Notes under the pieces: model-generated | Told to the model about the DNA's origin: nothing | Seen by the model: only the letters and a program-made list of their open reading frames with translations | Database searches by the model: none | Virus record (IMG/VR): IMGVR_UViG_3300015265_000001 | Span: 162,986-226,985 of that record | DNA length: 64,000 nucleotides | Direction: 5' to 3' (one strand) | Translations under genes and position numbers: made by a program | Shown here: positions 46,818 through 57,200 of the stretch, piece after piece | How positions within the stretch are numbered: position 1 is the first letter of the stretch | How the letters are laid out: each line of letters begins with the position of its first letter

Positions 46818-47018
46818 ATGCCAGTAGTAGAAATGACGGTAGAGGAACGCCTCAATGAAATCACTCGCGAGTGCTCTAAGCAGGGGATAGGGCTTACACT
46901 GGAGTATGATCCGGTGGAGGAGAAGTGGTACGGGTCCTTCGACGACAGCAGACATGACATTGAGGGTGACACCCTCGAAGAAGTCGTCGAAGGGCTCGAA
47001 GCAGAGTTGAACCTCTAA
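46818..47018 (+). CDS. Small acidic protein, HicB N-domain-like
   Basis: LEYDPVEEKWYGSFDD...IEGDTLEEVVEGLEAEL. Confidence 0.7.
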   Translation: MPVVEMTVEERLNEITRECSKQGIGLTLEYDPVEEKWYGSFDDSRHDIEGDTLEEVVEGLEAELNL

Positions 47019-47026
47019 ACGGCTAT

Positions 47027-47078
47027 AACTACTCTCACCCCACAAAGGGTGAGAGTAGTTAGCCTATTCTTTATTTTT
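47027..47078 (+). terminator. Rho-independent terminator
   Basis: AACTACTCTCACCC / GGGTGAGAGTAGTT then a T-run. Confidence 0.8.
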
Positions 47079-47117
47079 TGTTTTGGATCGTATGACAACC
47101 AACGCGAGATTTTAGTT

Positions 47118-47816
47118 ATGAACGAAGCTTTATTATCTACAGTGAAGAAAATAGCCAGTGGAGGAGGCCCGGGCCCCACTACACTTACTACGGGCGATGA
47201 CACCAATGGGCTGTTTGGTTCTGTTCCAGCCGGATCCTTCTTTACTGGCGGCGAGTTAGCAACTGCCGTAGGTGCGGGCTCAATGGGGACTTTGATCAAC
47301 GACACCACCGACTGGTTTAAACTAAGCAAAGATGGTCGGGTCATCTACATCCCACAGAAGGCCATCCGTATTGGGCTAACGTGGAACATGATTGATGGTC
47401 TAGGCATCAGAACCCGGGAGCAAAACAAGATCGTCACAAAAGACGGACATAATTATCTGGTTCGATTGATGACGGGGACGGGAGCTGCTTGGGCAGGACA
47501 GTTGGGTGATGACCCTGGGGGGTGTTCCGATAGTGAATACAACCGGTTTATCTATCGTCTCTGTGCTTTGAATCCTGCCAGCGAGACACCGCCAGTCTTG
47601 GGTTCTTACACATTAGCAGAGTTAGGACTGACCATAGCCAGTAACGGCTGTTGTGTGATTTGCCAAGAAGGTCTTAGCAGCACATACATACAGCGTAACG
47701 GCGGTGGCGAGACGAATAACAATGGAACCAGCTGGACCTCTATCCAGAATGGTGTGAACAGCAATCTCGGTGATCAGTATCGCGGTTGGCGTCCTGTGTT
47801 GGAACTTATTGATTAA
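47118..47816 (+). CDS. Virion/tail paralog (GWRPVLEL family), orphan + strand copy
   Basis: GLFGSV, WFKLSKDGRVIYIPQK, YLVRLMTG, SEYNRFIY, GWRPVLELID. Confidence 0.85.
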   Translation: MNEALLSTVKKIASGGGPGPTTLTTGDDTNGLFGSVPAGSFFTGGELATAVGAGSMGTLINDTTDWFKLSKDGRVIYIPQKAIRIGLTWNMIDGLGIRTREQNKIVTKDGHNYLVRLMTGTGAAWAGQLGDDPGGCSDSEYNRFIYRLCALNPASETPPVLGSYTLAELGLTIASNGCCVICQEGLSSTYIQRNGGGETNNNGTSWTSIQNGVNSNLGDQYRGWRPVLELID

Positions 47817-47825
47817 TGTCGACTA

Positions 47826-47861
47826 TACCCCCTCCTGGCCTTTGCGGACCAGGAGGGGGTA
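47826..47861. terminator. Bidirectional terminator between convergent genes
   Basis: TACCCCCTCCTGG / CCAGGAGGGGGTA. Confidence 0.75.
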
Positions 47862-47870
47862 ACGGATACC

Positions 47871-48329
47871 CTATGCGGCCAAGGCCACAGGCTTAGGTTG
47901 AGTTGGATTCTTAACCAGTCGGTACAGATTTACACCCAACATGATTGTTTTCTTTTTCCATGGAGTAACGCTGCTAACGTCCATGGATTCTTTCAGAATG
48001 GCGTCGATCTCTTTGCGTGTTACAGCAACTTGAGTTTCGACACCGTTCACTAATTCGGTGATGCAGTACGTGGTGCAAAGCTTGTCGTGGAGGGTGGTGT
48101 TCTGAGTGTATTCACCAATAGGAGGAAGTAACCACCACAACAACCGGGGGATTGTCGCTCCGTCGGTTTGGAATCCGGTTTCTACGTCAACCCAACGGGT
48201 AGAGTTTTCAGACCCGATGTAGTAGCGAAAACCCGGTACGGTATCCCACAGGTCTTTACCGTTGAGTACACTCGCAGTTTTGTTGTAACGCAGTTGTTCT
48301 TCAGCGCTGAACCGTGTAAATGTGCTCAT
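47871..48329 (-). CDS. DUF1353-like protein
   Basis: TGFQTDGATIPRLLWWLLPPIGEY...LHDKL. Confidence 0.75.
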   Translation of the reverse strand: MSTFTRFSAEEQLRYNKTASVLNGKDLWDTVPGFRYYIGSENSTRWVDVETGFQTDGATIPRLLWWLLPPIGEYTQNTTLHDKLCTTYCITELVNGVETQVAVTRKEIDAILKESMDVSSVTPWKKKTIMLGVNLYRLVKNPTQPKPVALAA

Positions 48330-48350
48330 CAACGTCCTCCTGGAATGGAT

Positions 48351-48375
48351 GCCTCCCCCTCATGGAAGGGGAGGC
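48351..48375 (-). terminator. Hairpin
   Basis: GCCTCCCCT...AGGGGAGGC. Confidence 0.5.
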
Positions 48376-48383
48376 GGTGGTGT

Positions 48384-49037
48384 TTACAACGAGAAGTATT
48401 CCGCGGGGGCTACCGGGAGATCTTCAATGGTAGCGGCATTGGCGATGGCGTCTTTGTACGCCCACGACACGTTGTAGCCAGCAACAACCTGTTGGAACGT
48501 TCTGTCAGCCAGAGCAACCATTTCTGGTGCAGTGAGTGATACCGAAACGTTTTCGAACACACGGAACGGGAACGACATCTCCTGGTTGGCTGCAATCATT
48601 TCCTTGGCGATGGTACGCAAGTCGGAAATGTTGCCGCGGTCAGAAGCGCGCACCTGTACGTGGTAGATGGTGTCTTCGCTGAACTGGTAAGGGAACCCCT
48701 TGGCGAACGCAGCAATACGCAACGACTCGGCTTGAGCAGCAAGCGTTGTCTTACGGTCCTGGAGCTGGCCTGCGGCTTCTACTTCGCTGTAGGAACGCAC
48801 TACCCAGGTTTGGTACCAATGGCCGTCACGCAGCTCTGGAGCGCCCTCAGTGACCACATCACCGGCAGGAGCGGGAGTGTCTTCGACAACTTCAAAACCC
48901 AGTTCGAAAAGCAGGTCCGAATCAACGGTTGGTCCGAAGCAAGTGTTCGGTTGATACTTGGGCATGTCAGCCAAGTAAATTGGGTACGCGCCCGAATCAG
49001 AATGAATCAGACGGGTGGTGCGAGTTACTGTGGTCAT
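48384..49037 (-). CDS. Tail-fibre assembly/chaperone-like protein (DUF4376-like C-terminus)
   Basis: N-terminal GxEVVEDTPAP...ELRDGHWYQTWVVR; C-terminal FR..EN....LTAPEM.......V..Y...W..KDAI. Confidence 0.65.
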   Translation of the reverse strand: MTTVTRTTRLIHSDSGAYPIYLADMPKYQPNTCFGPTVDSDLLFELGFEVVEDTPAPAGDVVTEGAPELRDGHWYQTWVVRSYSEVEAAGQLQDRKTTLAAQAESLRIAAFAKGFPYQFSEDTIYHVQVRASDRGNISDLRTIAKEMIAANQEMSFPFRVFENVSVSLTAPEMVALADRTFQQVVAGYNVSWAYKDAIANAATIEDLPVAPAEYFSL

Positions 49038-49047
49038 AAACGTTTCC

Positions 49048-49953
49048 TTAAAGGATGAGTTCGAAAAGAGGCCGCCAGCCGTGAAGTGAGTGAGTGGCAC
49101 TAGCGTTCAGGCTGACGTTCAGGAGATCAGGGTTGGCGCCGCTGCCTCGGTTAATGCAAGTGCTGCTTTGCAGGTCGGTAGAGAACGTAATCCAACTGGC
49201 GTTGGCGATATCGTCCAATTGCTTGAGCCCTAGCGTGTCAGGATAGTTACGAGCCTGGAACGCGTAGGAGAGAATCAAGTCATACTCGCCGCCAATCTGG
49301 TCAGCCGCCACAGCGCTGGTGCTTGCCATTACCGCACGAGAAGTAGGGACCCGCATAACAAAGGCGTTATCGCCACGGTTAACGACCTTACCCTGTGCAA
49401 TGGTACCAAACGTGGTCTTGGCATACGGCGCCCAGTCAGTGCTAGGGAAGTTACCGTAGATCACACCAGCTCGATACAGTTGCTCCCAGGTCAGTGTGCT
49501 GAACAGCGCCTGGCTAGCGATATAGATAATTTTTCCTTTATACACGAACTTCAACCAACCCAAGGTGGCGTCGGTGTTCTCTGTCACAGTGGCGGCAAAG
49601 CCACCCGCAAACACTTTGCATTCTTGTGCCGAGAACAGGTCAGACATCGGCATCTTGCCGAAGTAACCAAAGTTCCAGTCACCACGAAGCAGAGTCTGTG
49701 GGCCCGGGCCAGTATAAGGCATGTAGGCCAACGCCTTGTTAGGGGTCAGCGCCACATCGGTTCCCTTACGAGAAGCTACCCGGTAGTAGTACAGTTGATT
49801 ACGTACTACGGTGTTATCCGTGTAGGTCAACGTTCCGGCAGGGACAACCGCCAACGACGCAGGAAGCGACGCATCAGCAATCGGTGAAGCGGAACGGTAG
49901 ATCGTGTAGTCATCCGCCGTGTTAGGGTCGGTCCAATCAAGCTTGATGGGCAT
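49048..49953 (-). CDS. Tail-associated virion protein: Fn3-like + GWRPVLEL domain
   Basis: IKLDW...YTIYRS...YTD...YYYRV; GPGPQTLLRGDWNFGYFG; GWRPLFELIL. Confidence 0.85.
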   Translation of the reverse strand: MPIKLDWTDPNTADDYTIYRSASPIADASLPASLAVVPAGTLTYTDNTVVRNQLYYYRVASRKGTDVALTPNKALAYMPYTGPGPQTLLRGDWNFGYFGKMPMSDLFSAQECKVFAGGFAATVTENTDATLGWLKFVYKGKIIYIASQALFSTLTWEQLYRAGVIYGNFPSTDWAPYAKTTFGTIAQGKVVNRGDNAFVMRVPTSRAVMASTSAVAADQIGGEYDLILSYAFQARNYPDTLGLKQLDDIANASWITFSTDLQSSTCINRGSGANPDLLNVSLNASATHSLHGWRPLFELIL

Positions 49954-49964
49954 TTAACCCTCCG

Positions 49965-50912
49965 TTAAGCCGGGATGTATTCAAGAACAGGTACCCAGGA
50001 AATCCAGGACCCCGATGCGGCACCTGTGATGGCCCGCGCGAAAACGTCTGACCAGTTGCTGTTGCTAACCGACCAGTTGTTTGTAGAGTTGAAGTGTTGG
50101 GTGGCAGTCAACGGATAAGGAACCCCAGTTGCATCACCCCATTTGTTTGGTTGCAGCAATGGAACGTCAGCGGCCAGAATAGACGTGGTCAGGGAGCACA
50201 TCAGTTCACACCATTCACTGCCTTTAAAGGTGGTGCGATCTGGTACGTTCTGGTCTGTCGCCAGGGTGCTGTTTTTAGGGCAGCGCACTAGGAAGCTGTC
50301 ACTGCCTACCGTTACCACTCTTTTCTGGTTAACCGTGGTCGGGATGTTCGGGCTCGCCCCTACCGTGGTCAGGTTGAATGGAGCGGCACCAGGGCCGTCT
50401 ACTCCATACACCAAACCTTGGTTGTAGATCTGAGACCACGTCGCTGTCCCCGTTGCTGTAAAGATGGCGTTGGGGAAGAACAAGATCTTGCCTTTAAAGA
50501 CAAACTTGTACCAACCCGTCATCGTGTTATCAGCGGGAGCACTACCTATCTGGTTCGTGATCGATAAAGCGGATCTGAGACCAGAGATAGTAAACAGCTG
50601 GGCAACGGGGACAAACCCCATATACCCGGCGTTCCAGTCGCCCCGGAGAACGGTATTGTTACCAGGTCCCGTTTTGGAGAAGTTACCGTACAACATGCAT
50701 TGGCTGTATTGCGTCGTTGCGCCTGCTTTAACGGCCTCCAGCATGTAGTAACGAACACTTCGATCCGCAACCGTGGTATCTGTATAAGTCACGTCGGTAG
50801 GGCTCAACACAACCTTTGTAGCGGGTAGAGCAGCCCACGTAAACGGAGTGTCCGACCAATACAGCGTCAGACCATCTACCGTCATCGCAGGCCAATCGAT
50901 TTTAATCGACAT
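49965..50912 (-). CDS. Tail-associated virion protein: Fn3-like + GWRPVLEL domain
   Basis: IKIDW...YTD...YYML; GPGNNTVLRGDWNAGYMG; SWVPVLEY. Confidence 0.85.
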   Translation of the reverse strand: MSIKIDWPAMTVDGLTLYWSDTPFTWAALPATKVVLSPTDVTYTDTTVADRSVRYYMLEAVKAGATTQYSQCMLYGNFSKTGPGNNTVLRGDWNAGYMGFVPVAQLFTISGLRSALSITNQIGSAPADNTMTGWYKFVFKGKILFFPNAIFTATGTATWSQIYNQGLVYGVDGPGAAPFNLTTVGASPNIPTTVNQKRVVTVGSDSFLVRCPKNSTLATDQNVPDRTTFKGSEWCELMCSLTTSILAADVPLLQPNKWGDATGVPYPLTATQHFNSTNNWSVSNSNWSDVFARAITGAASGSWISWVPVLEYIPA

Positions 50913-50921
50913 AAGGACTCC

Positions 50922-51872
50922 TTAACTATCGATCAGTTCGAGTACTGGCCACCAGCCATAATTAAGGCCGTTGTACGTTGCGATACCACGGTTGGCAATA
51001 CCCGTACGGTTCGCCGTTGTGTTACCCCGCAACAGGTTGTTAGAGGCCGCTACAGCCGACACACGTTCCTGAATAATGGAACCGAGAGTTACGCCTGTCA
51101 GCGCCATGCCCAAGTCAGCAACGGTCGCCTGCTGAACGTTAGCCATGCGCTGAAGGTCTGGACAGTACATCGACAACGGATAGATAATGTCATTCCATTC
51201 GTTTGGCCAGAGTTCAGTTGGTTCCGTAACTGACGGAGTTGCGGGGAAACGTGTCAGGGTGTCATCAAACCCCGTCATGCAGCGAACACGGAACTGATCG
51301 CCACCGATGGTAACCTTGGCACTTTGGTTAACGTTGGCGCCGGCGTTGTACGGACCAGGGCCGTCCACACCGAAGACCAGACCCAGGTCGTAAAGGGTTT
51401 TCCAACTGATGTTACCGCACAAAGGACCGTTAGGAACAAAGAGTACTTTGCCGTTACGAATCCATTTATGCCAGATAGGGCCCTGTTGGTTAACCGAACC
51501 TACGGTCAGACCCACTGCGGCACGCAAGTCGTTGGTGTTAATCAACTCACCCGACGTAACTGTGCCGAAGTAACCGTAACTGAAATCGCCAATCGTAACC
51601 GCTACTGGGCCGGGGCCTTTACGAGGGTTTGCAACGATTGGGATGTTGTTGGAACTTTGCTTATCCCCGTTTGCGGTCAGGGTGGTTTCAAACACGTAGT
51701 AATACGTCGTACCACGAACAGTAGTGGTATCGGTGTACGTGCTCTCGCCTGCGCTCAACGTAGCAATGGGGTTAGCCAGGTTGGAGCGGTCAAGTGGCGA
51801 GGTGCCTCGGTAAATCTTTGTGGTGAACGTACCTGGGGCGTTCAGGTTCGTCCAGTTTAGTACCGTATCCAT
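50922..51872 (-). CDS. Tail-associated virion protein: Fn3-like + GWRPVLEL domain
   Basis: LNW...KIYRG...YTD...YYYVF; GPGP...GYFG; GWWPVLELID. Confidence 0.85.
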   Translation of the reverse strand: MDTVLNWTNLNAPGTFTTKIYRGTSPLDRSNLANPIATLSAGESTYTDTTTVRGTTYYYVFETTLTANGDKQSSNNIPIVANPRKGPGPVAVTIGDFSYGYFGTVTSGELINTNDLRAAVGLTVGSVNQQGPIWHKWIRNGKVLFVPNGPLCGNISWKTLYDLGLVFGVDGPGPYNAGANVNQSAKVTIGGDQFRVRCMTGFDDTLTRFPATPSVTEPTELWPNEWNDIIYPLSMYCPDLQRMANVQQATVADLGMALTGVTLGSIIQERVSAVAASNNLLRGNTTANRTGIANRGIATYNGLNYGWWPVLELIDS

Positions 51873-51882
51873 ATTTCATTCC

Positions 51883-52893
51883 TTAAGCGACGTAAGACCC
51901 AGAGATGGTGAAGGCCTTGAGCGTGGAGGACTCGTTGGTTCCTTTGATGCCGATAGGTTTTAGGGCCAAGTCGGCAAAGCTGTAGGTGACCTGCGGCAAT
52001 TGGTATTGCCAGAGTTGTTGACGAGGATTGGCTGGGCGTATGGCGCCCAAAGACCATTGCCGTACATCGTTGATGACAGGGGCGAAAGGACCGACCGAGT
52101 TATAACGGAGTGCGTACGGATCTTTAGCCACGGTATCAGGAATAAGTTCCAATACCGGACGCCAGCCATGAATGCTACTTGAGCCAGAAAGTTTATCCGT
52201 CTTAAGTATGGTTCTGGCCATAGCCAAGATTTGACCAGAGGTACCGTCACCACGAACAATGCATTGGTTGACATTAGACGTGATGGTTTCTTGCACAATG
52301 GTGTCTGGACTGGACGATGGGGACAGACCAGTAGCCGCGTAGGTAAAGTTTGCAAACTTGGGTGCACCTACTCCGCCGTTCGAATCGTTAACGGTACGAC
52401 CAAACAGTTGGTTCCATTCCCCAGTGAAGATGTTGCCTCCCGTAGTAGGATCAGCTGGGTAACCTGTCGGTAGACGTGGTTTCAGAACCCACAACTTCTG
52501 ACCTTCATACTTCGGCATCTGGATGTATTGGAACTTTGGAGTTGCCAACGGATACTTACCGTTATCCCGAGTTCCGTATACCAGACCGGCGGCATAAAGA
52601 TCAGCCCAGGAGATGTTGCTACGGAAAGGCATCTTCGCAATGAAAATGACTTTACCGTTCCAAATGAACTTCAGCCACATGTTACCGTTAGCCGCAGCGA
52701 CCGCAGTGGGGTTGTCCGTCCCCAGATACAAGCCAGCCTGCCCAGCAACCTGAGCAGGTGTAAACAGCTGAAGATCGGTTACCTCACCAAAGTAACCTAG
52801 GGTTGCATCACCGGCAATTAGAGTCTTAGGACCAGGCCCAGAATCGCCGATGTAAATTTGTTGGCCCCCCGTGGAGAGCAGCGTTTCAATCAT
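51883..52893 (-). CDS. Tail-associated virion protein (GWRPVLEL domain + C-terminal extension)
   Basis: Start at 52893 (MIETLL; GAGG RBS); GPGPKTLIAGDATLGYFG; GWRPVLELIP. Confidence 0.85.
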   Translation of the reverse strand: MIETLLSTGGQQIYIGDSGPGPKTLIAGDATLGYFGEVTDLQLFTPAQVAGQAGLYLGTDNPTAVAAANGNMWLKFIWNGKVIFIAKMPFRSNISWADLYAAGLVYGTRDNGKYPLATPKFQYIQMPKYEGQKLWVLKPRLPTGYPADPTTGGNIFTGEWNQLFGRTVNDSNGGVGAPKFANFTYAATGLSPSSSPDTIVQETITSNVNQCIVRGDGTSGQILAMARTILKTDKLSGSSSIHGWRPVLELIPDTVAKDPYALRYNSVGPFAPVINDVRQWSLGAIRPANPRQQLWQYQLPQVTYSFADLALKPIGIKGTNESSTLKAFTISGSYVA

Positions 52894-52906
52894 GATACTT
52901 CCCTCT

Positions 52907-54160
52907 TTAAGCAGGTCCGACGAGTTCCAATACCGGACGCCAGCCGTAACCACCGTGAGTGGATCCAGGAGCCTGATACCACAAACCATTGAACCCTGGA
53001 TAACCTCGAGTTAGAGGACCGTTGGTTGAGTACTTTTCTTGGCAGAGCGTCAGCTCGCCGTTGGCAGTACCGCCGTTCCAGTAAACATCAGTGTTGCTGT
53101 AGTTCGCCCATCGATCAGATGCTGGACCGGTGTAGTTCACAGTTACACGTCCAAAGTAGGCGTTATACTCACCACCACCCGAAGACGCCGGATCTGCGTT
53201 ACCACCCGTCATTACGCGGACTTTGTAAATGTTACCGCCGATGTTAAGTGTTTTGGTACCTTTAATAGCACCGATAGCATCGAGGGTTTCCCACAGTACC
53301 GCCGTCCGCATCGGTTTCTTAGCGATGTAGAACGTCTTGCCATTATCAATAAACTTCAACCAGTTCGGGTTAGGGTCAACCAAAACTGTACCCGTGATAC
53401 CCAATGCAGTTGCCAATGCGCTTGCCGTGATCAGATCTGCACCGGCGACCTCACCCTTAAAAGGACTTGGTGGAATGCTGGATTTCTTTACCAGCACTGG
53501 GCGCCAACCGTAATACCCTTGTGGGTTATTGGCCGGCATATTCCAGATACCCATGATTGGGTGGTTGCCGCTGGAGTTCTGCCAGTCGTTACCGCGCAAG
53601 CAGTAACCGTTAGTCAAACTTTCAGCACAAACGGTAAATACACCGTCGCTAAGGTCAGCACCACCAGGAGCACCTAACCCCAACATTGTTCTTGTGTAAT
53701 TACCCCAAATAGGAGCGGATTCGATACCGACACGATCCGTGTTGTCATAAATGGCGTACATGTAACGGTTCCACTCGCCGCCGGCGTTGGAAGGCACTGC
53801 CGCTGCTGCGGTAGAAATAGCACCCGTCATCATTCGGACAATGTACACTTCGCCCCTGACGGTGATTTCTTTTGCCCCGTTGCTTGTTGCAGCCATGATC
53901 TGTTCGTACGTTGCAGCTGCACGAATAGGTTTCTTGGCAATGTACAGCTCGAGACCAGAATCTTCGATGAAATGGAGCCAGCCGCTATCGACGTTCATCG
54001 CAACCCCTGCTGACAATCCCACCAGGGTAGCCAGGGCGTCCCCGTAAACAAAGTCGGCAGACCCTGTTATTCCTTTATACGGTGTTCCAGCTGGAAAGGG
54101 TATGTCCGAATTGTCGTTAGCTCCCTGTTTATATCCTAATCCAAGCATTGCTTCGATCAT
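52907..54160 (-). CDS. Tail-associated virion protein with two tandem GWRPVL domains
   Basis: YYGWRPVLVKK and GYGWRPVLELV. Confidence 0.85.
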   Translation of the reverse strand: MIEAMLGLGYKQGANDNSDIPFPAGTPYKGITGSADFVYGDALATLVGLSAGVAMNVDSGWLHFIEDSGLELYIAKKPIRAAATYEQIMAATSNGAKEITVRGEVYIVRMMTGAISTAAAAVPSNAGGEWNRYMYAIYDNTDRVGIESAPIWGNYTRTMLGLGAPGGADLSDGVFTVCAESLTNGYCLRGNDWQNSSGNHPIMGIWNMPANNPQGYYGWRPVLVKKSSIPPSPFKGEVAGADLITASALATALGITGTVLVDPNPNWLKFIDNGKTFYIAKKPMRTAVLWETLDAIGAIKGTKTLNIGGNIYKVRVMTGGNADPASSGGGEYNAYFGRVTVNYTGPASDRWANYSNTDVYWNGGTANGELTLCQEKYSTNGPLTRGYPGFNGLWYQAPGSTHGGYGWRPVLELVGPA

Positions 54161-54191
54161 GGTTTGATCCTTTAAAAGGAAAAGCAGCGCA

Positions 54192-54218
54192 AGGGGATCA
54201 CCCCGAAGGAGATCCCCT
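54192..54218 (-). terminator. Hairpin
   Basis: AGGGGATC...GATCCCCT. Confidence 0.55.
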
Positions 54219-54229
54219 GCACTAAGTGG

Positions 54230-57200
54230 TTAAGGAACTACGGCACCCGCTGCGCCCGTCCACTCCACACCATCCCAGGTGAAGGTGATGTAGGTACGGC
54301 TACCAGTCAGAGCTGGTGGCGAACCACCGTTCCAGACCAGCGCTGTCGCACCCGTAGGAGCAAAGGTAATTACCCCCGCTGCACCGTTGATTTTCATCAC
54401 CAGCACTTTGGCTCGGGCAGGGGATTTTGGTCCGTCGCCCAAGGTAATGGTTTTGGCTGTAGCGCCGGTGTTCGTCACAACGATGAACTGATCAACCAAT
54501 GCATCGATCGTAGCCGTTGCCGAAATAGTCCGGATAGCCAGATCGTACTGGTTGAATTCAATCCAGCCGTTGTTCTTGTAGACGTAGGTCTTGTTGTCGT
54601 TACCACCAGCTGGGCCGGAGATACCAGGAGTAACCGGCGTGTAGACAACCCACGTGTGGTCACCTTTACGCAGGTACAGGTTGGTATCAGTCGGTACGTC
54701 AGCAAAGCCAGGTACGAAGGCGTTGATCTGGGCTTGCAGCTTACCGAAGGCTGTGATGACAGTATCAGCGGCTACAACAGCGGTGGCGGTTGCCAGGCTG
54801 AAGCCAGTCAGCGTAGTCGAACGAACCCGTGCTTGCGTGAAGTAGAGGTTAGTGGTGCCCTCTACAACAGCGTCCGAGGTACCTGGAGAAGCTACCAGCC
54901 CTACATACGTCGAACCCGACCAACGGTATTGCGCGTTGGTGTTGAGCGCGATGTAGATTTTGCCAGATTCACCTGTAGCCGGGAAAGCCGCTTGGTTAGC
55001 GAACTCCAACACGTCATCGACATAGCTCGGCAGTTGACCTGCCGGGATGGTGCCGTTAACGAGGGTAGCAACCGAAACGCCCAGCTCTGTAAGAGCAACA
55101 CCGCCCAGGCTAGCCAGTGTAGGAGGGGTATAAACCGCCCAGTCACCGAGCAGCTGCCCATTCAGGCGCAGACGCATGTACGGATTGCCATCAGCCGGTG
55201 GTTCGTTGATTTGAGGTGGGAATACCAGCTCAACCCACTCACCTTCGTTGGTGGTACTGCCGTCAACCAATTGGCGAACGTACAGCTTACCGTCAACCAT
55301 GTTCGGCGCTTCGTCTACCAGCAGAGGTACCCACTCGTTACCGAGGCGGACAACCTTACCAACAGACACCTCTGGCGAGTTGACATCACCCGCAACCAGC
55401 TGACCCCAGTAGACCCAACCGCGATCCGCCGTTTTGTAGTAGACCTTGAAGCTGTCCGATACAGCCCAGTCACCGATGTTACCGGTGAAGCCAGCACCCG
55501 GAGCATCTTGGCCGGCAGGCAGAGTAATCCAGGACGAACCTTTATCACCCTTGTCGCCTTTCTTGCCAATGCCCTGAGGGCCAGGAACACCCTGGATACC
55601 CTGAGGACCACGAACCAGACCGATGTCGATCCACTTACCACCATCGGCAGTCGTCCAGATGGCCAGGTTGTTACCAACCAGATAACCGTCACCCAGGTTG
55701 CCTGTAGGGTGAGCAGTTGCCAGATCACCCAGAGTGTTGTACGCACCGAGGATGTTGATCGACGTACCCGCGTCACCTTTCTCACCGTCTTTACCTTGAG
55801 GACCAGGCAGACCAGTGATATCGAAAGGACCGGCCCACGCACCATCGGTCAGGACATAGAGCATCTTGTCGTTGGCGGTGAAGTAACCATCGCCTTCTTC
55901 AGCAACAGAGGTAGTTGGCAGGTAAGTAGGACCAGCCACCACACCACGCAGCTTGATACCGGTACCCATCGGGCCTTTGTCGCCAGGCGCGCCTACGGCA
56001 CCACCATCAACCCACTCACCACCGATAGACAGCCGAATGCGTTTGTCCAGGTCAACGTAAGCCTTACCTGGGTTAGCCGCAGCATCCGGTGGAGTGGCGT
56101 CTTCTGGTGTCAGTACCTTGATGATGGTAATCGAGGAACCATTTGCACCATCGTTACCGTTCTGCCCGTCTTCACCTTTGAAAGACCCCAGAGGGATCCA
56201 GCCACCACCTACATAAGCGTAGAGGGTATTGGTGTCACGTACCGAGTAAACATCTTGCTCGGCAGGTGTAGCGGTCAGTTCAGTAAAGGTCGAAACCGAA
56301 CCTTTGATGATGATGTTGGTACCGTTAGTGCCGTTGGTGCCTTTAAGGCTGACCAGGAACTCATTCTCGGAACCGCTGTGACCTTGAGCCAGCCACAGTT
56401 GATACGTCGATTGACCGCGGAATGGACCTACGTCTTCCCACACGCCTTCGGTGAGAATGTGCAGGTGGCCATCGTCATTGGTGACGTAGCCGTCTTGCTC
56501 TTCTGGGTTTACGATGTTGCCCAGTTGAGCAGCGTTGGCCACGGTGCCTTTAACAGTCAGGTTCTTACCGCGAGGACCATCCGGACCTGGTACAGTCGAC
56601 TTGAGGGAAACCAGCCACTGTTGCAGAGTACCGGAGAAACCGTCTTCCACAGCCAGTTCGTAGGCGGACAGACCACCAACCGAACCGAGGTCAACGTATT
56701 GGGCTTCATCGGTCACCCAGACGTACAGGTGACTACCGACATACCAGGCTTCAGTTGCAACACCCGGCGTCGGCAGAGCGGCTTCAGATGGCTGAGAACC
56801 CTTGACTTCGAAAGGAGACCGCGCAGGACCTTCGTTGCCCGGAGGACCAGGTTCAGTGGACTTCAGGGTATTCAGGAAGTCTTGCAGCGTGCCAGCGTTG
56901 CCGGCCTGCAACCAGAGTTGGTAGTTATCCTTACCGACCAGGCTTGCCAGCCATTGAGGCTTAGTACCCGAGAAGCCATCTTCGACGGCGATCTCATAAG
57001 CACTTTGACCAGCAGGACCTTCCAGACCCAGCGAAGACCATACTGGTGTTTCTGGATCATTACCCGCACCGCCAGGGATCAGGATCCAGAGATCGCTCTT
57101 CCACAGGTATGCATCACCAACAGCGTTGATGCTTGGATCCGGCAACGCTTGACCCGAAGGCCAGGTACCCAGCAGTGTCAGACCGCGGTCGCCCAACAGG

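Noticed and set aside
47118-54160. Diversity-generating retroelement
   Set aside because: No reverse transcriptase, and no near-identical TR/VR pair differing only at adenines in the window; the paralogs diverge at all positions.
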